A stretch of 64,000 nt of DNA from Dehalococcoidia bacterium. Its GTDB lineage: Bacteria; Chloroflexota; Dehalococcoidia; GIF9; AB-539-J10. Each line of letters begins with the position of its first letter. Positions within the stretch are counted from its first letter, which is position 1. Shown piece after piece: positions 56,760 through 64,000 of this stretch. A program made the translations under genes and the position numbers. The stretch lies in NCBI GenBank assembly GCA_046497565.1, contig JAWOFK010000057.1:2096-66095 (forward strand). Reading direction: 5' to 3'. Under the pieces are notes generated by a model. It was not told where the DNA came from, searched no databases, and saw only the letters and a program-made list of their open reading frames with translations.

Positions 56760-57758
56760 ATGCTCTACATTCTCTACGGGCGGGACGGTTTCTCACTCAA
56801 TCAAGCGTTGGACAGAATCAAGGCCGGCCTGGGCGAGCGGGAAATGGTAGCGACCAGCACCACCAGCCTGGAGGGTCGAAACCTGACCTTCAATGAACTC
56901 AGAAACAACTGCGATGCCGGTCCCTTTTTGTCCCCACATCGCCTGGTTATAGTCGACGGCTTGTTGGGACGCTTCGAGCCAAAACAAAGCAGACCGCGGT
57001 CGGGCAAAAGAGCCGCCAGGTCCGGCGGAGGGCTGGGCGAATGGCAAGGCCTGGCTTCTTACGTCGAGCGAATGCCGGAAACTACTGTGCTGGTGCTGGT
57101 TGATGGAGAGGTAAAGGGTCATAACCCCCTCTTAAAGCAGCTTTCGCCATCGGCCGAAGTAAGAACTTTCCCCTTGCTGCGAGGCCAGGACTTACGGGCC
57201 TGGATACAGCAACGGGTCAGGGAAGACGGCGGCGATATCACCCCCCCGGCTGTGAATTTGCTCGCCCAACTCATAGGCGGAGACTTATGGGCGATGGATA
57301 GTGAAATCCAGAAACTGCTTCTTTACTGTCAGAAGCGAGCTATCGGCGAGGATGATGTCAGAAAACTGACAAGCTATGTCCAGGAAGCTAACATCTTCGC
57401 CCTGGTGGACGCAGTGGCCGAAGGGCGGACCGAGGCGGCCCAGCGCATACTTCACCGGCTGTATAATGAAGGGATGGCGCCAACACATATCCTGGTCATG
57501 ATTACCAGGCAATTCCGCTTGATTGCCCAGGCCAGAGATCTCGAACCGGGCTTATCCCGCCCGCAGATTCAGGACAGGTTGGGACTGAAATCAAGCTATC
57601 CCCTGGACAAGACGCTCAGCCAGGCCAGACTTTATGATTTTGAAGGTGTGAAACGCGCTTACGATAAGCTTCTGGAAACGGACTCAGCCATCAAGACCGG
57701 CAAATACAGCGACAAGTTAGCTCTGGAGCTTCTGGTAACCGAACTTGCCTGCCCGTAG
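56760..57758 (+). CDS. holA: DNA polymerase III delta subunit
   Basis: It is 332 aa with an N-terminal LYILYGRDGFSL and the delta C-terminal helical domain (AYDKLLETDSAIKTG). Confidence 0.75.
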   Translation: MLYILYGRDGFSLNQALDRIKAGLGEREMVATSTTSLEGRNLTFNELRNNCDAGPFLSPHRLVIVDGLLGRFEPKQSRPRSGKRAARSGGGLGEWQGLASYVERMPETTVLVLVDGEVKGHNPLLKQLSPSAEVRTFPLLRGQDLRAWIQQRVREDGGDITPPAVNLLAQLIGGDLWAMDSEIQKLLLYCQKRAIGEDDVRKLTSYVQEANIFALVDAVAEGRTEAAQRILHRLYNEGMAPTHILVMITRQFRLIAQARDLEPGLSRPQIQDRLGLKSSYPLDKTLSQARLYDFEGVKRAYDKLLETDSAIKTGKYSDKLALELLVTELACP

Positions 57759-57780
57759 TTGACTGCATAAATTGGAGAAT

Positions 57781-57906
57781 AAAATCCTAAATTCTAAATA
57801 CTGGACAATATCAAATGACCAGAAGCCCAATGCCCAAAAAGGTTTTGAACTTTGAATTAAGATATTGGGATTTGTTTAGGATTTAGTGCTTGGAGTTTAG
57901 AATTTA
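57781..57906. repeat. AT-rich intergenic repeat (family 3)
   Basis: The sequence is AAAATCCTAAATTCTAAATA...TTGGGATTTGTTTAGGATTTAGTGCTTGGAGTTTAGAATTTA. It is related to 37755-37888. Confidence 0.7.
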
Positions 57907-57933
57907 ACTTGGAGTCGCGAAGGGGGGTTCAGA

Positions 57934-58383
57934 ATGAAAGCATGCGAAGGACGAATTGGCCGGGTGTTCGTGATACGGCTGGAGGATGGCGATGTTGTGC
58001 CCCGATGTATCGAGCGTTTTGCCGAAGAGAAGGGAGTCTCTGTGGGACATGCTATCCTGGTGGGTGGCATTGGGGGTGGCGACGTCGTTGTCGGGCCGCG
58101 GCGTTCGGAAGAAAGGCCGCCGGAGCCCGTGCTCCTGCCCATTGAAGGGGCCCACGAGGTGGTGGGGGTAGGCGTGCTCGCCCCTGATGAACATGGCAAA
58201 CCGGTCTTGCACATACATGCAGCCCTGGGCCGGGCGGGGCGGACCATGACCGGCTGCCTGCGGCAGGGCGTGACCACCTGGCTTGTCGGAGAAGTTATCC
58301 TCTACGAAATCCTCGGTGCAGACGTCGCGCGTATCCAGGACAAGCAGAGCGGCTTCGCGCTCCTGGAGCCTGGGGTACGATAA
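57934..58383 (+). CDS. PPC (DUF296) domain protein
   Basis: The pattern GRVFVIRLEDGDVVPRCIERFAEEKGV...AHEVVGVGVL...GKPVLHIHAALG fits the PPC domain. Confidence 0.7.
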   Translation: MKACEGRIGRVFVIRLEDGDVVPRCIERFAEEKGVSVGHAILVGGIGGGDVVVGPRRSEERPPEPVLLPIEGAHEVVGVGVLAPDEHGKPVLHIHAALGRAGRTMTGCLRQGVTTWLVGEVILYEILGADVARIQDKQSGFALLEPGVR

Positions 58384-58388
58384 CAGAT

Positions 58389-58426
58389 GTCATTGCGAGC
58401 GCCACCTTGTCGGGGCGTGGCAATCC
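58389..58426. repeat. REP-like family 1 unit (forward); left boundary of the accessory island
   Basis: GTCATTGCGAGCGCCACCTTGTCGGGGCGTGGCAATCC. The reverse complement of 63011-63049 is GTCGTTGCGAGTCCCGACTTGTCGGGGCGTGGCAATCTC, the same subtype in inverted orientation. Confidence 0.8.
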
Positions 58427-58529
58427 CGGTGGGGGTATGTGGGGCTATCCTGGAGACACAGCACCTCGTTTATGCTACGCTCAGTTAGTATTGCGTCCCT
58501 GTAATTTGTGGAATTCACAGCGATTTTCG

Positions 58530-58558
58530 TTCAAAAACAATGCCTTTTGAGCTAAAAT
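58530..58558 (+). promoter_or_regulatory. candidate promoter of island module 1
   Basis: TTCAAA (58530-58535), a 17-nt spacer, then TAAAAT (58553-58558). Confidence 0.25.
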
Positions 58559-58714
58559 GAAGACAAAGGAAATTGACGCAGCACGGTCATATAGCAGCTA
58601 ACTGAAGCGGTGGACTCAACGAAAGGCGACTACGATGTCTAACCAGAAAGTAAGCTCAAGAACTGAAAAGGAGCTCCAGGAAGCAATCTTGCGATAAGTG
58701 GTACGGCAATCAGA

Positions 58715-59485
58715 ATGGACAAGGAAAGGTTAACGTGGAAAGCTGTTGTCAGGGAAGCCCTATTGGAGTTAGGTGGACAGGGTCATTTATCGGAGATTAA
58801 CAAAATCGTGGAAGGTCATCCCAAAACCAAGACCAATCCAACTTGGCGGGATACTATTAGGCGAGTTGTAAGGCAATATAAGATTTTTCAACCAGTGCCA
58901 CCTGAGAGGAGTGGTGTTTACAAGGTTGTGGAAGAGGTCTCCGTAAGACCTGAGGCCCAAGTTTTTACTGAAGAACCAGAAATTGATCACGGAATCGCTC
59001 AAGCAATGCTGGCCACGCTGGGTAAAATTTACGGATATGAGACTTATGTGCCTCCGCATGACCAAACTATCAGAGAATTTCAAGGCAAATCCCTGGGAGA
59101 TTTTGTGACTGTATCCGACTGTACCGATATTTTCAGAGGCCCTAACTTGGCAAAAATCCGGGAAATAGACACTCTATGGTTTGATGAAGATGATTATGGA
59201 TTGTTTCCAGTCTACGCTTTCGAGGTGGAGGAGACAACAAGGGTAAAATCTGGATTGGACAGACTGCTGAAAATACCAAGTAGATTCCCTACTCGGTTTT
59301 TCATAATTGGACCAACCGTAAAGGAAAAGATTTTATTCGACCAATTCATCACTCAGACGCCCTTTCGAACATTTAGAAGTAGATTTCTATTTAGACTCTA
59401 CGAAGAGCTAGAAGCATTATATAACTCTGCTTTGGTTCACAATGACAGGCGGGAACAATTTGGAATCCTGGAAAGAGGAGGATGA
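58715..59485 (+). CDS. winged-helix + restriction-endonuclease-like (PD-(D/E)xK-fold) protein
   Basis: The N-terminal Mrr_N-like wHTH reads HLSEINKIVEGH...WRDTIRRVVRQY...GVYKVVE. The C-terminal core is HGIAQAMLATLGKIYGYETYVP...IDTLWFDEDD..PVYAFEVEETTRVKSGLDRLL (D152, E170-x-E172). There is no obvious SD. Confidence 0.6.
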   Translation: MDKERLTWKAVVREALLELGGQGHLSEINKIVEGHPKTKTNPTWRDTIRRVVRQYKIFQPVPPERSGVYKVVEEVSVRPEAQVFTEEPEIDHGIAQAMLATLGKIYGYETYVPPHDQTIREFQGKSLGDFVTVSDCTDIFRGPNLAKIREIDTLWFDEDDYGLFPVYAFEVEETTRVKSGLDRLLKIPSRFPTRFFIIGPTVKEKILFDQFITQTPFRTFRSRFLFRLYEELEALYNSALVHNDRREQFGILERGG

Positions 59486-59487
59486 AC

Positions 59488-59826
59488 ATGGACACCACAA
59501 AAAGACATTTTATACAGAGAGCAAATGAACTAGGAGTCTTGCTTGTTAGGGAAAGAAACTCCAAAGAAGATCTCTCTGGTTGGGGAGCGCTCGAATTTAT
59601 TCTGAGCAATGGAGAGATTTTTGTGGTATCTGCTCAACAGTTCGGGCAAGGAAATCACGAGGATGGATTATGGGTAGATATGAACAAACTCAATGCCGTT
59701 ACACTTAGCAGGATCAAGCAGAAAGCGTCAAGGCCCAGGAGAAAACAAAAGGAAGATACTATATCGGCTTGGCTGAAGCACCAAGCAGTGTCAGACCCAG
59801 AGGATATTCTGGGGCATACTACCTGA
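59488..59826 (+). CDS. hypothetical small protein with basic C-terminal tail, coupled to the upstream nuclease-like gene
   Basis: The track ATG at 59482 overlaps the upstream stop (ATGA). GAGGAGG at 59475-59481 is better spaced (6 nt) for the ATG at 59488. The tail reads KQKASRPRRKQKED. No family was recognised. Confidence 0.5.
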   Translation: MDTTKRHFIQRANELGVLLVRERNSKEDLSGWGALEFILSNGEIFVVSAQQFGQGNHEDGLWVDMNKLNAVTLSRIKQKASRPRRKQKEDTISAWLKHQAVSDPEDILGHTT

Positions 59827-59888
59827 TTTGTGATAGGCTTGATTATTATTGTGCCTCTGGAATTCATTTAATCTATTTGCGCATATAT

Positions 59889-59932
59889 GCATTGCGAGTA
59901 AGAAATAAGTCATTGCATTAGGGACATTGCTG
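59889..59932. repeat. degenerate REP-like family 1 remnants between the two island modules
   Basis: GCATTGCGAG lies at 59889-59898, GTCATTGCATT at 59909-59919 and GACATTGCTG at 59923-59932. Confidence 0.4.
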
Positions 59933-59941
59933 TAAAGAAAC

Positions 59942-60463
59942 TTATTTACGTTCGTTCCGTCTCTGTTCCAAGACTTGTCTTAGGTATTCCTCGCCTCTTG
60001 CGAGTGTACCGCTGAAATGTTGACTCACCACCACTTCGAATGCTGGGCAGACAGAGGTCTCAATATCCTTGATGCGGTATGCGCGCAATCGGCTAAGTGG
60101 AAGAGAGCCTGGTCTGAGATTACCCAGCGGTATATTGGCAAATACCCAATCTTCAAACATCTGTATCCGAACTGCAGCTATCACAGGCAGATAGCCATCC
60201 TTGGTGCGATCTTTTAGGGCCTCTATATTCTCTCTAGATATAGGAATGCTCTCACCATCCGTTGTCTTGACTTCCAAGGCATACTTCTTCCCCATCATAT
60301 TTGCAGCGTCGATGTCAGCGCCTTGCACTTCACGTTCAACTATGTCAAAGAAACCAGCTTCATAGAGGGCAAGAGCCAGTAGCTTCTGTGCAATCTTGCC
60401 GAAGATCCCTGGGCCGAATTTGGCACGAATCTGTTTTAGACGTTGGTATGTGTCCACCTTCAT
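59942..60463 (-). CDS. small PD-(D/E)xK nuclease-like protein, Hjc-resolvase-like core
   Basis: The ATG lies 3 nt after the upstream stop. Candidate catalytic residues are E35...GAD50ID52...YALE64VK66TT. The following ISRENIEAL...GYLPVIAAVRI parallels archaeal Hjc as I remember it. Confidence 0.6.
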   Translation of the reverse strand: MKVDTYQRLKQIRAKFGPGIFGKIAQKLLALALYEAGFFDIVEREVQGADIDAANMMGKKYALEVKTTDGESIPISRENIEALKDRTKDGYLPVIAAVRIQMFEDWVFANIPLGNLRPGSLPLSRLRAYRIKDIETSVCPAFEVVVSQHFSGTLARGEEYLRQVLEQRRNERK

Positions 60464-60466
60464 GGG

Positions 60467-62638
60467 CTACGCATTCCTAGTAATCTGTGGTCCGTTCTTT
60501 TCCGTCCAGTCAAGAAAATCATACACACCTTTGTTTTTGGTAATGTTAGTCATCAGGAGGTTTTTGAATCCTACGTATGGTGTGGAAATGATGAGTTGCC
60601 TCCGCTCAGCTATGTCCTCAAGCACAGTTACGAACTGTTGCTCCATTTCGGGTCCAAGACTCTGGGAGGGATCATCCAGCATCAGAAATGCGAAGGGCTG
60701 TGTCTCCTCTGCTGCCTCTGCTAAGCCAAAAAAGAGGGAAAGAGCTAGGCAATTAAGGTCTCCCTGGCTTAGAATAGGTGTTGGATCCAATCCATCCTTG
60801 CTCTTTATGTCATAGAAATTGAGTCCAGTTCGAGAATCCTCGGTTACTTCCATAACAAGCCCCCTTATAGTTGGATGGTTTGCTATGCGGCAGAAATATT
60901 TATCTAGGCTCGTTCCAGCAGCACCTATCTTAGCTTCAGCTTCCTCTCTTGAAGCAGTAGCTAAGGCACCTTTGATGGCCTGCACATCCTCCATAAACTG
61001 AGATGCTTTGTCTATCAACTTATCCAATTCTTTGTATTCCTTTGTGCTCCATATGCGCTCAACAATTTCTCTCTTCCGTTCCAGACTCAGGATCTCGTCT
61101 ATTGTTCTCAATTTCGCCAATTGGTCAAAGATGGCAATTCTCTTTTCACCCTGCTTTTCTATGGCCTTTTGTTGCGACTCTAACTCTGAAGCTATGTCCT
61201 GAAGCTGTTTGTTTAGAAGGGCGAGGGGGTCCTCATGCTTACCAATTTCACGTTGCAAAGCAACAGTGACTTGAGTTCTACATTCCTCTAAGCTAGAGCG
61301 AGCCACCGCCAACGCCTTTTCTAGTTGCTCAAGCTGGTCCTTAAAAGACTTAAGTTGCTTGAGTTCAACTTGCCGTTCCTTCCTCTCGGCCTCTAGGGCT
61401 CTTACCTCTACCTCTATCTTGTCTTCCCATTCACTCTCTAGTTGATTTAGCAACTGTGGTGCCTTGGCGCCACATAACGGACAGTATTTTTTTTCGGTAT
61501 CTGAGACCACTTCTCTAAAATATTGTACGGCCTCTCTGACCAGACTTGCCCTTGCATCTGATTTGTGTATGTCTTCCTCGACCCTTGTAATCTCTTCTTG
61601 TTGTGCCTCAAGAGCTTTAACTAGAGCAGTCTCGTCACCGTGCTGTTGAACGAATTTATCCCTTTCTGTTTGGGCTTCAGCCTCAGCTTTTTTGACATCT
61701 TCATATCTTCCTACAAGAGTGGCTAGTCCTCGTTGTTTTCTCTCTAGGGTTGTCTGCTTAACCATGTCTGGCGAGTGGAGCCAGACGGCGTCAATCTTGT
61801 CTTTTACGTCGTCTCGAAACTGCGCAACCTCCCCAAAACTCTGGGGCATGGTTATTGGCAGATCGCTTATCCCTAACTCCTGGGCAAGAGATATAACTGC
61901 CTCGCCAATGCCCTTTGCACGATGTAAAGCTTCCTTCTCGGTTATGTATTCTTCTCCCATACCCTCTACAATAGCCTTTTCCTTCTTCTCCCGTGCTTCT
62001 TTGTCGTATATGCGGATACTTTGCTCTGCACGTTGTCTGAAACTATCGAACTCATTCTTCATAGTCTTGTATAGATTCCCAATCTTTGCGTCGGTCATTC
62101 CTCGTACAAGTTCTCTATATTCAGAGAGGCCCAGAAGCCTATCAATGGCATCATTTCGATCTCGCGGCTCTTGTGTCAAGATAGCCCGAATAGCCTCTTG
62201 ATGCTGGTAGACTGTAGTCATGAAGTTTTGAAATGATGAATGGAATAAAGTGTAAATTTGGCGCTCTGCGTCATCACCGTGTAGCTCAACCCCGTCTGGC
62301 AACTCGACCATTATTCTCTCTGAAGCGCGTCTGCCAGTCCCGCTTAGCTCACGTGTCACAACATAATTACCCTCCGGGCCCTTGAATTCGACTTCAACGA
62401 GTACGCCTTCTCCTGATACATAACGATTGGAGATTTCCCACCCGATACGCTCACGGATGCCTGTCTTTTTGCCAACACAGTTCTCTCCAAAGAGGCACCA
62501 TTCTACAGCATTGAGGGTGCTACTTTTACCGCGGTGATTCTCACCGCAGAGGAGCACGACAGGCCGGTCAAAATTCAACTCCTGTGCATCAGCGAATCCT
62601 CGGAAATCGCGAATCTTAAGTCTCATAAGATGAAGCAT
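60467..62638 (-). CDS. SMC/Rad50/SbcC-like ABC ATPase with central CxxC zinc hook (mini-Rad50)
   Basis: Walker A is CGENHRGKSS (nt 62522-62545). A Q-loop-like YQHQ is present. Long heptad-rich arms flank CPLCG (res 386-390, nt 61472-61483). The signature-like motif is LSQGD (623-627) and Walker B is FLMLDDP (651-657). A GGGGGG SD precedes the ATG at 62638. Confidence 0.8.
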   Translation of the reverse strand: MLHLMRLKIRDFRGFADAQELNFDRPVVLLCGENHRGKSSTLNAVEWCLFGENCVGKKTGIRERIGWEISNRYVSGEGVLVEVEFKGPEGNYVVTRELSGTGRRASERIMVELPDGVELHGDDAERQIYTLFHSSFQNFMTTVYQHQEAIRAILTQEPRDRNDAIDRLLGLSEYRELVRGMTDAKIGNLYKTMKNEFDSFRQRAEQSIRIYDKEAREKKEKAIVEGMGEEYITEKEALHRAKGIGEAVISLAQELGISDLPITMPQSFGEVAQFRDDVKDKIDAVWLHSPDMVKQTTLERKQRGLATLVGRYEDVKKAEAEAQTERDKFVQQHGDETALVKALEAQQEEITRVEEDIHKSDARASLVREAVQYFREVVSDTEKKYCPLCGAKAPQLLNQLESEWEDKIEVEVRALEAERKERQVELKQLKSFKDQLEQLEKALAVARSSLEECRTQVTVALQREIGKHEDPLALLNKQLQDIASELESQQKAIEKQGEKRIAIFDQLAKLRTIDEILSLERKREIVERIWSTKEYKELDKLIDKASQFMEDVQAIKGALATASREEAEAKIGAAGTSLDKYFCRIANHPTIRGLVMEVTEDSRTGLNFYDIKSKDGLDPTPILSQGDLNCLALSLFFGLAEAAEETQPFAFLMLDDPSQSLGPEMEQQFVTVLEDIAERRQLIISTPYVGFKNLLMTNITKNKGVYDFLDWTEKNGPQITRNA

Positions 62639-62652
62639 ATTCTCTACCCCCC

Positions 62653-62853
62653 CTACAGCATGTCATTGAGTTTGGCAAGCAAGACATCAAAAGTCTCTCG
62701 AAATTCATCCATTTCAACTGCCAATTCATTTGCGACACCTTCTGCTCCTTCCTTTTCGAAAGAATCCGAAATAGTGTGCCACAAAGCCTTTCTTTCGTCT
62801 GCTCGCTGTTCCATCATAGCAATTTTGTCTAGTACCTTTTCATTGTGACCCAT
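62653..62853 (-). CDS. 66-aa acidic helical protein, first gene of the island operon
   Basis: A strong GAGGAGG SD lies 5 nt upstream. It sits 14 nt before the ATPase gene. The sequence is Glu/Asp/Ala/Leu-rich and no family was recognised. Confidence 0.55.
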   Translation of the reverse strand: MGHNEKVLDKIAMMEQRADERKALWHTISDSFEKEGAEGVANELAVEMDEFRETFDVLLAKLNDML

Positions 62854-62886
62854 GCTGACCTCCTCGTATCTCCTGAGTTAAGAGTA

Positions 62887-62915
62887 ACATTACTACTTAG
62901 GTAAGAAAAATTCAA
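62887..62915 (-). promoter_or_regulatory. candidate promoter of the island operon
   Basis: The minus strand reads TTGAAT (complement of 62910-62915), a 17-nt spacer, then TAATGT (complement of 62887-62892). Confidence 0.3.
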
Positions 62916-63010
62916 GGAATAACAGCGTTATGGGGCGTATTATCTTCAGCGGGGACATAATGCCTGACTTATAGTAGGCCTGATTAGTATGGTGTTCCTG
63001 GATTCCCGCT

Positions 63011-63049
63011 GAGATTGCCACGCCCCGACAAGTCGGGACTCGCAACGAC
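63011..63049. repeat. REP-like family 1 unit (inverse); right boundary of the accessory island
   Basis: GAGATTGCCACGCCCCGACAAGTCGGGACTCGCAACGAC is the inverted partner of 58389-58426. Confidence 0.8.
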
Positions 63050-63161
63050 AACAACGGGGAAATCGTGATGACGAATGGACGTTTGGGGGAGGGGGAATTG
63101 CGCTTGCGATGACGAGGGGAAGACAATGCAGTTGTCAGGCTTTCTTCACCCTCACCTTAAT

Positions 63162-63182
63162 CCTCTCCCGTCAAGGGAGAGG
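63162..63182. repeat. GC-rich hairpin (family 2 style)
   Basis: CCTCTCCC-gtcaa-GGGAGAGG forms an 8-bp stem. Confidence 0.6.
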
Positions 63183-63211
63183 GAATGCCACTTTTAGGAA
63201 AGTTTGTTTCT

Positions 63212-63220
63212 TGCTATAAT
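63212..63220 (+). promoter_or_regulatory. extended -10 TGcTATAAT 13 nt upstream of the activase ATG
   Basis: The sequence is ttcTTGCTATAATtgctgaccgcgcaATG. There is no SD in the spacer. Confidence 0.4.
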
Positions 63221-63233
63221 TGCTGACCGCGCA

Positions 63234-64000
63234 ATGGGTTACTATCTGGGCGTAGATATCGGCTCTGTCAATGCCAAGCTGGCACTCATAGAGGAGAATG
63301 GCAGGGTCGTTCAATTTGATACCGAGAAGGCCAGCTCCGGCCCCAGGGCCGCAGTCAGTTCCCTCATCGCCAGGCTGGGCGAGAGATTCAATCTCAAGGA
63401 TATTTTGGCTGCCGGTGTATCCGGTTCCGGCAGGGCCTTCATCCCGCAAGAGATGGGCTGGACGCAATACAGCAGCTCGCTGTCCATTATCTCCGGGCTG
63501 CTCCACCACCATCCCGACGTTAAAACCGTTATACAAATCGGCGGCCAGAGCACCCTGGTGATAGAGCTGGAAGACGGCTTGAAGAAGCCGTGGAAGGTGG
63601 AATCCAATCCCCTTTGCGCCGCGGGTACAGGAAGGTTCCTGGAGCAGCAGGCCTACAGGCTCGGCATCAGCATGGAGGACTTCGCCAGCCTGGCGCTGCA
63701 ATGCCAGGGCACTCCACCCAGGATAGCCGCCCGCTGTAGCGTATTTGCCAAGACCGACCTCATCCACCTCCAGCAGAAGGGGGTCCAGCTGGACGCCATG
63801 CTTTATGCACTGTGCGAAAGCGTGGCCCGTATGGTGGCGGCCCTGAAGAAAGGGCCCTTCCAGGAGCCGGTCTATTTTGTGGGCGGCGTTGCCGCCAACC
63901 CCGCCGTGGCCAAGTCCCTGAACGACATGATTTCCGACAGGAATGGTCATCCCGTTGAAGTAATCATCCCCGAGCACTACCTGCACATGGAATCCCTGGG
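63234..64000 (+). CDS. BcrAD/BadFG-family ATPase (2-hydroxyacyl-CoA dehydratase activase-like); 3' end beyond window
   Basis: Absent from the track because it is edge-truncated. It reads MGYYLGVDIGSVNAKLALIEENG (ASKHA phosphate-1), then IQIGGQS, CAAGTGRFLEQQA and VYFVGGVAANPAV. The frame is open to nt 64000. Confidence 0.8.
   Translation, partial: MGYYLGVDIGSVNAKLALIEENGRVVQFDTEKASSGPRAAVSSLIARLGERFNLKDILAAGVSGSGRAFIPQEMGWTQYSSSLSIISGLLHHHPDVKTVIQIGGQSTLVIELEDGLKKPWKVESNPLCAAGTGRFLEQQAYRLGISMEDFASLALQCQGTPPRIAARCSVFAKTDLIHLQQKGVQLDAMLYALCESVARMVAALKKGPFQEPVYFVGGVAANPAVAKSLNDMISDRNGHPVEVIIPEHYLHMESL

Noticed and set aside
58635-58697. 20-aa mini-ORF (MSNQKVSSRTEKELQEAILR) with a weak SD upstream of island module 1
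   Set aside because: It is too short and has no support. It could be a gene remnant or leader peptide, but nothing in the sequence distinguishes it from chance.
58389-63049. Calling the island a mobile element (transposon, integrative element or prophage remnant)
   Set aside because: There is no transposase, integrase, recombinase, tRNA attachment site or target-site duplication visible. Only the flanking inverted REP-like units support mobility, so it is reported as a finding, not a mobile_element feature.
63171-63986. 271-aa minus-strand ORF
   Set aside because: It is antisense to the edge-truncated BcrAD/BadFG-type activase, which has clear ASKHA motifs on the plus strand.
1-64000. tRNA, rRNA, tmRNA, RNase P or SRP RNA genes
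   Set aside because: Scanning the intergenic regions by eye gave no T-arm-like GGTTCGAAT/GTTCRANYC motif or acceptor-stem pairing, and no recognisable structured-RNA core. A tRNAscan/Infernal run is needed to be sure.

Overview
This is a 64-kb chromosomal window from a bacterium. Bacterial hallmarks are RF2 with its programmed +1 frameshift, sigma-70 RpoD, DnaG, RuvABC, HolA, Ffh and S16. It is probably an uncultivated anaerobe; a Chloroflexota-like origin is only a guess. I support about 50 protein genes and saw no rRNA, tRNA, CRISPR array, transposase or integrase. Two edge-truncated genes are missing from the ORF track: a LamG/beta-helix protein at 1..2539 (-) and a BcrAD/BadFG-type activase at 63234..64000 (+). 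Core content: Pit/PhoU-like, rarA, AMMECR1 plus AmmeMemoRadiSam radical SAM, an orphan peptide-type SBP, DUF1893/DUF362, radC, prfB, nfi, a nine-gene A/V-type ATPase operon, rpsP, recO, trkAH, ffh, ppsA-dgt-dnaG-rpoD, ruvABC-yebC, a DUF1538x2 plus PII-like operon, a PAS histidine kinase/LuxR regulator cassette flanked by duplicated marR genes, a GH38 mannosidase, ychF and holA. The strongest candidate for something new is a low-GC ~4.6-kb accessory island (about 58.4-63.05 kb) bracketed by inverted copies of one REP-like repeat subtype. It holds two modules. (i) A three-gene operon encodes a 66-aa acidic helical protein, a 723-aa mini Rad50/SbcC-like ABC ATPase with a central CPLCG zinc hook, and a 173-aa Hjc-like PD-(D/E)xK nuclease. 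(ii) A winged-helix plus restriction-endonuclease-like protein has a translationally coupled small partner and no methyltransferase. Other points are a CetZ/tubulin-like GTPase in a bacterial context and a UPF0216/DUF61-like (archaeal-type) gene coupled to the end of the ATPase operon. The proteolipid subunit carries a Na+-binding signature. There are three intergenic repeat families, one of which inflates several annotated N-termini. Several genes have -10 boxes only 7-13 nt from the start codon, which suggests leaderless mRNAs. All family assignments come from motif recognition by eye; no searches were run.
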